This document shows, one piece after another, positions 42,156 through 49,606 of a stretch of DNA of 64,000 nt. Source of the DNA: a virus. The notes under the pieces were generated by a model, which worked only from the letters and a program-made list of their open reading frames with translations, was not told the origin of the DNA and searched no databases. The DNA lies in IMG/VR virus record IMGVR_UViG_3300027741_000040, positions 31,800 through 95,799 of that record. The stretch is one strand, 5' to 3'. The number at the start of each line of letters is the position of its first letter. Within the stretch, counting starts at the first letter, position 1. Made by a program: the position numbers and the translations under genes.

Positions 42156-44041
42156 TTATTCTCCTTTTTCTAAAATGTCTGTTATGGTCATAATCTTATC
42201 TAACATTGCAACACCCAAAATATCAAATTTTATTACACCCAAATCCTCAAGATCCTGCATCTCCATTCCGGCGATAAGTTGATCGTTTTTTGTATCGTAA
42301 ATCATCGGACAAACATCGGATAAGTCCTGAATACTAATAGCAATTCCTGCTGCATGTTTTGATTGATTAGACTTTACTCCCTCTAAACGTATTGCCTGTT
42401 CAAATCTTTTAGCTAGAGGACCAGACAGCTCATTATCATCATTAATATAGCACCAGTCTTTGAGTTTGTCAACATTGTTTTCTAACGCCCACCTGATAAT
42501 CGATGCTTCACCGGTTTCTTCTTTCATTTCTTGAAGTTCATCTGCTATTTTGGCTTCATCTGGTATAAACTTTGTGATTTTATTCATCTCGTCAAATGAT
42601 ATATTACCATATACTCTTAAGACTTCTTTAAGTGCGCCTCTGCCTTTCATCGTATTATACGTAATCATTTGTGATACTTTATTGTATCCGTATTTATCCT
42701 TAATATACTTGATAATCTCTTCTCTTTTATTTATTGGCACATCGACATCAATATCTGGCATGGAAATTCTATCAGACGTATTGCGTCCAGTATTATAGAA
42801 TCTCTCAAATATTAAATCATATTTTATAGGATCTATAGAAGTGATCCCAATTAAATACGAAACCAGACATCCTGCCGCACTTCCTCTCCCTGGACCAGGA
42901 AGCCAATTATTCTCTCTAACATAACGCAGAATATCTTGGACAATTAAAAAATAGCTAGAAAGACCAGCGCCTTGTAACACTTCTAGTTCATGTTTGATCC
43001 TTTCTGTGTATTGTGGCTGTTTGTCTTCTGGTATATGGTTCTTGATCTTTTCTCTCCATCCACGACGACATAGTTCTCTTAAGTATTCATCTGGATTAAG
43101 ATTATTTGGACATTCAAACTTAGGTAACATGGGCTTGTGTAGAATATCATAACTTTCACACATACTATCAACCAAATTAGTATTATCTATTTCTTCTTCT
43201 GTGTGAAGTTCTCTAATTTCTTGTGGAGACAAGATGTAATATTTATCAGATCTGAAGAAACAATCCATCATTATATCTTCATTATTTAGAATCTTTTTAT
43301 TAATATCGACTAAAGTTGTCTTTAGATTGTTGCATAATAGTATCCTTTGATCAACAGCGTCTTCTTGAGCACAATAATGTGCATCTGGGGTACATATGAC
43401 TTTGGTGTGGGTATTCTGGCCCAAGTCTCTTATAATCTTAGTCAAAGCTATTTGTTGTGGCAGATATTCTTGGTCCATAAGCTGGGCCTCTAGAAAGAAA
43501 TTATCCTTACCAAATATATCTTTCATATGAGAGATAAATTCTGTGCCAATCTTATTGGCGTTATCTGGATCTTCCATAAGCTTATAAGCCAGTGTGGATC
43601 CTAAATGTCCACAGAATCCTAAAATATTACCATCTAAATATCGAGCTAATTTATCAAAACTTAATCTTGGTTTATGATAAAAGTTGTCTTTATTATTAGA
43701 TTCTGAAACTAAACTAACTAGGTTATGCCAACCTTGTTTATTCTTAGCCAGGACTATGAAGTGTGTTAGTTTTGCATTTTCCTTAGTCTTAATTGTTGAA
43801 TCATCATTACTAATATATAGCTCGCAACCCAGAATAGGCTTAATATTCTTAGCTTTGAGTGATTTATAAAACTGCACTGCTCCAGAAATTGATCCATGAT
43901 CTGTTATTGCACAAGATCTTAGTCCTAAAGCTTGACATCTAGCAGCTATTTGAGCTGGCTTACTTAGTCCATCCAAAAGTGAATAATGAGATTCACCTAA
44001 GAATGGACATGCAGAGGAGTATATACCTTTGTCATGTCCAT
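42156..44041 (-). CDS. dnaE: DNA polymerase III alpha, N-terminal part (PHP, palm, thumb); reading frame interrupted after codon 14
   Basis: TDHG, GCE, DAHY, GRGSAAG, PDIDVD, HAAG, KFDILG. The missing N-terminus MDMTKVYTPLHVHS is encoded at 44041-44000 behind AAGGAG and joins HYSLLDG if 43999-43989 is skipped (624 aa). Confidence 0.88.
43989..44041 (-). other. Candidate translational bypass element in dnaE (5' hairpin, UCU take-off, UAG, UCU landing)
   Basis: mRNA CAU GUC CAU UCU UAG GUGAA UCU CAU UAU UCA; 9-bp inverted repeat 44041-44033/44011-44003. Confidence 0.65.
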
Positions 44042-44054
44042 CTATTTTGTCTCC

Positions 44055-45095
44055 TTATGTTGTGCCTGGGGCTTTGTACTTACCGAATGTATGACCAGAG
44101 TGCTTATATAGGTCTACGACATTATTGATCCCATAAAGTTCTACATCGTGCTTAACCTGTTCGCACTTACTCATTATTGATCCGTTGGAACATGTCTGAT
44201 TATCCCTGTATTCTACTATAGCTGGTATTGATGAATTTTCAAATGTGGTTTTACCAAAATGACACAATTTATTACACATCCAGCTTTTGTGTAGTTTTGG
44301 CCTCTTGGTGTTCTTAATAATTTCAAATTTATCTCTAAGCATATCTTCTGTTTTACTTAAATCAGAATCATCAAAACAAATCGAAAATGGACCACCATCA
44401 TTGATAAAGTATATCGAAAAAATTATGTGCTGAATATGTGGAAACAAATGCTTAATAGCGTAATGATATATTCTAAGTTGCGGATCACTCTCTAGTTTCT
44501 CTTGCGTTTTTTCTTTTCCCGTAGCCCAATCTAGCCTTCGTCCCGTTTTCCAGTCGATGACTTCTATGGTATTATCGTCAACAAGAGTGATCAAGTCAAT
44601 AGTGCCTTTTAAAGCTAAATTTCCGCTCAGCTTACCTTCTGATGTATCAAAAGAATATTTTGCCCAATTTTTCTTTATTTCAAAATCAAAGTGCTGTTCT
44701 GGACACAATATATTTCTATTGCGAGGATCAAACATACCATTATTAAATTCTATTGCTTTATATACCCAACTATGACAGTCTTTATAGTCTTTTGGCGACC
44801 ATTTATGATGACTGGAGCTATTAGAGTAGTATGTATATACTTGTTCAATAATTGTATTTAGATTATATTGATTGATGTCTAGTTTGCCAACAATATCGTC
44901 TACAATAGTATCTTGTTTATTCTGTTGGGCCTGTTTGATAACGGCTAGTATTTCTAATACTTTATGAACTATTGTTCCTTTGTCTGCCTTTTGTCCAGAC
45001 GGCCCTCTCCATCCGAGTACGTACTCAAGGAAATATTGTTGTTCACAAAGAGAATGGGTATTAAAAGAACTGCTACGAAAATAAGTTATGATAAT
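44055..45095 (-). CDS. Cas4/AddB-like PD-(D/E)XK nuclease with probable Fe-S cluster; probable ATT start
   Basis: Frame open from 45095 through ATG 44735 without stops, adding (M)IITYFRSSSFNTHSLCEQQYFLEYVLG...KGTIVHKVLE. Core GTIDL...VIDWKTG, QLRIY, C-terminal CNKLC; GAGGAG 8 nt before ATT. Confidence 0.8.
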   Translation of the reverse strand: MIITYFRSSSFNTHSLCEQQYFLEYVLGWRGPSGQKADKGTIVHKVLEILAVIKQAQQNKQDTIVDDIVGKLDINQYNLNTIIEQVYTYYSNSSSHHKWSPKDYKDCHSWVYKAIEFNNGMFDPRNRNILCPEQHFDFEIKKNWAKYSFDTSEGKLSGNLALKGTIDLITLVDDNTIEVIDWKTGRRLDWATGKEKTQEKLESDPQLRIYHYAIKHLFPHIQHIIFSIYFINDGGPFSICFDDSDLSKTEDMLRDKFEIIKNTKRPKLHKSWMCNKLCHFGKTTFENSSIPAIVEYRDNQTCSNGSIMSKCEQVKHDVELYGINNVVDLYKHSGHTFGKYKAPGTT

Positions 45096-45811
45096 TTTAG
45101 TATCTCCTCTATGATTTTTTTAATGTGTGCGGACTGCTCATAAAGAGAATATTCAGAATTATCTATAACATAGTCAAAATTTGACCAGTCGTATTTGTCT
45201 TTATCTAGAATAGACTCACTAATATGATCTGAGTGGAATGGGTCCCTAGTCAGTCTGATTACTTTTCCTCCATTAGACTTTATTGCCTCGATTTCGTTTG
45301 GAAATCTACAATCTGTTACTATCGATACTGGAACGTTTTCTCTAACAATTTTCTTTAAAGTAGAGTCTACCCAAACATTCATATGCATGGATCTAAAAAT
45401 ATCAGTACCGATAAATTGCATCACTTCTCTGGCGCTCAAATTTTTATTTTCCCATTTTAGATGAGTGGTTTGATTTTTATCTTCATCAGAACCATAACAT
45501 TGTTTATAGTCTAATCCTAGTATATTTATACATATGTCTTTCTTAAGAGTGTCTGCAAAATTATAGATCTTAATAGACTTATTTAGCGTGTCGAAACACC
45601 TGGACATTATGAAATCATTTGATAGTGTATTATGTGGATCAAAAATTCCCTCATACTCTTTTTCTCCATATAAGTCTGAGACAATAATTTCTCCAGATTC
45701 GCTAAGAAAAATCTTTTCTGCAATATCAAGCTGAGACATGAAGAATGAGTAGATTAAATTCCCAACAGTACTTTTGCCAGACTGTTTTCTCCCAGAGACA
45801 CCAATAATCAT
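45086..45811 (-). CDS. Deoxynucleoside monophosphate kinase
   Basis: IIGVSGRKQSGKST, FADTLK, REVMQFIGTD, TDCRFPNE, HISE, IDN. Confidence 0.88.
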   Translation of the reverse strand: MIIGVSGRKQSGKSTVGNLIYSFFMSQLDIAEKIFLSESGEIIVSDLYGEKEYEGIFDPHNTLSNDFIMSRCFDTLNKSIKIYNFADTLKKDICINILGLDYKQCYGSDEDKNQTTHLKWENKNLSAREVMQFIGTDIFRSMHMNVWVDSTLKKIVRENVPVSIVTDCRFPNEIEAIKSNGGKVIRLTRDPFHSDHISESILDKDKYDWSNFDYVIDNSEYSLYEQSAHIKKIIEEILKLS

Positions 45812-46902
45812 ATAGTATACCTTTCAATGGTAGGAAGAATATTTTGCTTAATAGACTCTGAACTCATTTCTGCGACATCGGGATAGTCTATGGTTAAATT
45901 GATCACATTATATGTTTTATTGCATTTAGCCTGAATTTGTTCGGCCGCTTTCTTGCCTGCTTCATCACTATCCATGATAGTAATTATAGTCATGGCTCCG
46001 GAAATATCCAGCAAGGTCTTTTGCTTATCTTTTAGTGACGAACCAAACAGTGCTACAGAGCTATGGATGCCCGACTCCTCCAATCTCCATACATTCCCTG
46101 GGCTTTCTACCAATACAACAACAGATGTTTTTTTAATATGCTCTTTAGCATACCAGTAGTTGTACAAACACTCCTCTGCCTTAAAACCATCGCTATGTTT
46201 CCATTTTGGTAGCATTCCACTGGTTGATCTGCCGCTGCATCCTATCATAAATTTATGGTCATGATCATATATAGGAACAACGGCCCTACCCGACATTTCC
46301 TTACCTTCTGTCACACAATCTCCAACATCATACTTGATCAGGATTTCAGAAGAAAAATTCCTATTCAAAAAATATGTTGAAGGAATTTTCAGTGCTTTTA
46401 CTATTGTGCCTCTGGTAATTTCTCTAATAGGCTTTTGATCTTGTGTCGCCAATACTTTAATAGTACTTACGAAAGCATCTTTCTCTTTTTGTTTCTTAGA
46501 AACCTTAATGTCTTTCAAGTCGTGCTCTGTAAATTTGACGATAAAATCAACAGACTCAGCAAAAGTAGCAATCTTATCTCCTGGTTGTTTCCAGCCATAT
46601 CTATTATGAGATAAGCACCCTCTTACGAATCCTATTAGGGATGATCTAAATGTAGATTCACATTGTTGTGTTCTGCATTTCCAGTTTCCTCTATAGTCAT
46701 CTCCTTGATGATATAAATTAAATGCTGACTCATTATCTCCACCATGTATTGGACATGTTAATGTTATCATTCTATCCATTAAACGATAATCATAAATATC
46801 CAAAGCCTTTAATAGATCTTCTATTCTATCACAAGCCAGGTTTGATATAGCATTTAATTGGAACTGATCATATGAATGATATTTCTTGGTCATTATTTTC
46901 AT
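45808..46902 (-). CDS. dnaG: DNA primase (Zn finger + TOPRIM)
   Basis: CPIHGGDN...CRTQQC zinc finger; RAVVPI, SGR, LYN, LVES, DSDEAG; adjacent to the helicase. Start could be 46893. Confidence 0.82.
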   Translation of the reverse strand: MKIMTKKYHSYDQFQLNAISNLACDRIEDLLKALDIYDYRLMDRMITLTCPIHGGDNESAFNLYHQGDDYRGNWKCRTQQCESTFRSSLIGFVRGCLSHNRYGWKQPGDKIATFAESVDFIVKFTEHDLKDIKVSKKQKEKDAFVSTIKVLATQDQKPIREITRGTIVKALKIPSTYFLNRNFSSEILIKYDVGDCVTEGKEMSGRAVVPIYDHDHKFMIGCSGRSTSGMLPKWKHSDGFKAEECLYNYWYAKEHIKKTSVVVLVESPGNVWRLEESGIHSSVALFGSSLKDKQKTLLDISGAMTIITIMDSDEAGKKAAEQIQAKCNKTYNVINLTIDYPDVAEMSSESIKQNILPTIERYTI

Positions 46903-48328
46903 TAACTATGAATCCGTCTTTAGTGCTTTTAGTATTATGTGCCAATTCTAATTTAGTTTTACCTTCTGTGATTTTTGCACACCAACCCTTCATGTGACAA
47001 TTGATATAATCGTTGTCATCTAGTCCTCCTCCATGACGACTAATAATAGGTATTAATTTACGATTTCCCCCATCTGGACCGTCTTCTGCTAATTCTTCAT
47101 CTGATTTTCTCTTGAATATAGTAAAGTTACTACACAACCAAATGATTCTATCTGAACCACTTGCGGTATCTGTTCCTTCTTTGGAAATACCATCTCTATT
47201 TAACTGAACAAATCCTACAATTGGTACTCTGTATTTAACAGCAAAATTATGTAATGCGGTCATCATAAAACCAAGAACCTGGTATTCTTTGAGATCCTGA
47301 GACATTCCAGAAGAATCCATCAACTTTAGATAATCATAAAATATAACACAGTCTTTTGCTGTTCCGTCATCATTCAGACCAACCTCTTTAACGAGCCATC
47401 TTCTCATAATAGAAAGCTGCTCCTCAAATGGCTTGCCAGCGATACTCTTGTGGTACAGAGGGCTTTGTTTAAGTTCTTCGGATGCTTCCTGTATCTTCTT
47501 TAAGAGGTTCGGGGATTCTGCGAATTTCCCTGTTTCGATCTTGGATAACTCTATTTCTGTAATCATGGCCAATAATCTATGAATATGGTCTTCTTTGGTC
47601 ATTTCTGTATCCATATTTAATACTGGAATTTTCAATTTATTTGCAATATGAAAACCCATATTATCTACCATCAAGCTCTTGCCGATTTTGGGTCTGGCAG
47701 CAATCATATTGATAGTGCCTCTTCTTAAGCCTCCCCCAATAGCCTGATCATATACAGGAAAGCCAGTAGAAATACCAACTTGATCAATCTTGTTCTCTTG
47801 TAGAAATTGGACATACTCACTTAATCCTTCCCCCATTGTGGAAGGAGAAGATTCAGAGTCAGAGGATAGTGATGCAGAGAAGTCGAAGATTGCGTCCTCT
47901 GCCACCCCTAGAATAGACGATACGTTTTCTGTACCGGTTATATCTAGCAATTTGTCTTTGATCGTATCTAATTGCTTATGTAATTGTCTTGTGATCTCTA
48001 GTTTGCGTATTTTGGCCGCAAACTTTCTTGAATTCTCCAGATTAACCGGGAAATCAAATATAGCCTTAAGATGCTGTGCTTCTGACTTTTGATTTAAGAT
48101 ATGAGAAACATCAAGCTCCTGTGCTGAAGCATATATTAGGGCTATATCGATGTTTGGTTTTGGATATTTTTCACAAATATTTTTTAAGCATCTATATAGA
48201 ATTTGATTACTATCTACCGTGAATGTGGTTTCAGTAATAAGATCTGAGATATCTAGAAACGCATCCTCTCCATATTTTAAAATGGAGGCAAGGACGGCCC
48301 TTTCTGACGACGGATCACAAAGAATCAT
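46868..48328 (-). CDS. dnaB: Replicative DNA helicase
   Basis: ERAVL, STGF..YD, AARPKIGKS, TEM, DYLKLM, QLNR, SRHG. Confidence 0.92.
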   Translation of the reverse strand: MILCDPSSERAVLASILKYGEDAFLDISDLITETTFTVDSNQILYRCLKNICEKYPKPNIDIALIYASAQELDVSHILNQKSEAQHLKAIFDFPVNLENSRKFAAKIRKLEITRQLHKQLDTIKDKLLDITGTENVSSILGVAEDAIFDFSASLSSDSESSPSTMGEGLSEYVQFLQENKIDQVGISTGFPVYDQAIGGGLRRGTINMIAARPKIGKSLMVDNMGFHIANKLKIPVLNMDTEMTKEDHIHRLLAMITEIELSKIETGKFAESPNLLKKIQEASEELKQSPLYHKSIAGKPFEEQLSIMRRWLVKEVGLNDDGTAKDCVIFYDYLKLMDSSGMSQDLKEYQVLGFMMTALHNFAVKYRVPIVGFVQLNRDGISKEGTDTASGSDRIIWLCSNFTIFKRKSDEELAEDGPDGGNRKLIPIISRHGGGLDDNDYINCHMKGWCAKITEGKTKLELAHNTKSTKDGFIVNENNDQEISFI

Positions 48329-48331
48329 AAA

Positions 48332-48736
48332 TTAGCCTGATTGGGTTGAACAATTATTACATTTATAACGAGAAGGAGCTTCAAATAGTAAGGCGGGACT
48401 AATCGTTTCTTTTTTCCCACAAACTCTACAACTAACTTCTATCATTTCAAATTCCCTTGTTCTAGCAACTGGAGGGGATTTGCTAAGAGCTTTATCTATG
48501 GCTATGTCTTCTTTGTGCATTGAGAATTCTGACATCTTCTCAAACTTATTTGGAATTCCAGAAGACTCCCTAGATCTTTTTTTACTCTTTGTTTTCATTA
48601 TGGATTCTGGTCTGTATTCTTCTTCTTCTTCTGTCACTACCGGCTTTTGCTCCGACCCCTTTGGCAATAGTGCCTGTAGTATTTGAATAAGACTTTGTAT
48701 TTGTTCTGGATTTTTCATTAATTCATTAAGATCCAT
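48332..48736 (-). CDS. Hypothetical protein with C-terminal zinc ribbon
   Basis: CRVCG...CNNC. Confidence 0.65.
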   Translation of the reverse strand: MDLNELMKNPEQIQSLIQILQALLPKGSEQKPVVTEEEEEYRPESIMKTKSKKRSRESSGIPNKFEKMSEFSMHKEDIAIDKALSKSPPVARTREFEMIEVSCRVCGKKETISPALLFEAPSRYKCNNCSTQSG

Positions 48737-49208
48737 GTTTCACCTTTGTCCTTTGAATAGATAACATAATATCCGATAAATGCTTAATACTATTTGCCAA
48801 ATATTGTAATCTATCGCTTCGTTGTTTAGCGTATTTTTTAATTTTGTTTAGAGCTTCTGCCTTATCATTATGCTTGATAGCCTGTAATGATTTTTCAATA
48901 TAGCCGTACCCCTTGTAATTATTGATTTCGTCAGCTATAGTCTCTTTGATAGTTTCATCTGCCCAATTCAATCTCGACAGCTCTCTATTTATAGATCGCT
49001 GAACATGAAATGCGAACTGCCCTAATCTATAGGCTATTTCTCCACAAACTTCAGGCGTTGTTTTTTCTAGTTCGTCTCTACTCATTTGAAAATAAGTATT
49101 GAGCTCTTCTTCTGGAAAAGTATCTGCTCTGTATGTTCCTAGTCCGATACCCTTTTCGTATTCATCAAGAACCTTATCCCATTCATTAACTTGTTCTTTA
49201 GTATTCAT
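48726..49208 (-). CDS. Helical/coiled-coil hypothetical protein (possibly UvsY-like)
   Basis: All-helical pattern, located between recA and dnaB; ATGA overlap at 49208. The UvsY label is inference from context only. Confidence 0.5.
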   Translation of the reverse strand: MNTKEQVNEWDKVLDEYEKGIGLGTYRADTFPEEELNTYFQMSRDELEKTTPEVCGEIAYRLGQFAFHVQRSINRELSRLNWADETIKETIADEINNYKGYGYIEKSLQAIKHNDKAEALNKIKKYAKQRSDRLQYLANSIKHLSDIMLSIQRTKVKHGS

Positions 49209-49606
49209 TTTTTTATCCTTGATGCCCATTGGTCTATTTGATCAAATGGTAATTCTATATATTCAATGCCATTTAATTCACACCAATCTTTCTTCTCTTG
49301 ATCTCTTTTCTTGTGTCTAATAAATCCTAGTGGACTATTATGGAAAAATCTACTAAATTTATAGTGTTGTTCACCATGTACTTCTATACATTTCTTAACC
49401 AGAGGCAAATAGAAGTCTAAATAAAGGATTTCTGATCTTCTGATATTGATTGGTATTTCTTCTAAAACCTGTAGGGTAGGAAAACAAGCGTGAATTAAAT
49501 TTCTGGCCTGCAAATGTAGACTAGACTTATTTTGAACTGACCCATGGGCAATATTTCCAATCAATTGCCAATTACAAGAATTGCCATCTAAGTCTTTTAC
49601 TTGCAT
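49205..49606 (-). CDS. Vsr/DUF559-like endonuclease
   Basis: LDFYLP...IEVHGEQHY...RDQEK..WC..NGI. Confidence 0.7.
   Translation of the reverse strand: MQVKDLDGNSCNWQLIGNIAHGSVQNKSSLHLQARNLIHACFPTLQVLEEIPINIRRSEILYLDFYLPLVKKCIEVHGEQHYKFSRFFHNSPLGFIRHKKRDQEKKDWCELNGIEYIELPFDQIDQWASRIKK

Noticed and set aside
42156-43976. TTG 43976 as the true dnaE start, or dnaE as a pseudogene
   Set aside because: A TTG start removes the first PHP strand and two His ligands. The rest of both dnaE parts shows no other lesion. A sequencing error remains possible and is listed as a test.
43964-43999. TAG reassignment (alternative genetic code) as the explanation of the dnaE break
   Set aside because: Reading through the TAG stays in the wrong frame (VNLIIHFWMD) and reaches TAA. 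TAG also terminates other genes here (for example 31572 and 61932), and the long ORFs are intact under the standard code.
43976-44057. The nuclease stop (TAA 44057-44055) is in frame with the main dnaE frame, so read-through would fuse them
   Set aside because: The linker (GDKIDGHDKGIYSSACPFLGES) lacks the HxH motif, which is encoded in the other frame behind a strong SD. The frame match has a 1-in-3 chance.
44055-45095. Cas4-like gene as evidence of a CRISPR-Cas system
   Set aside because: No cas1/cas2 or array is present; stand-alone Cas4-like nucleases are common in phage replication modules.
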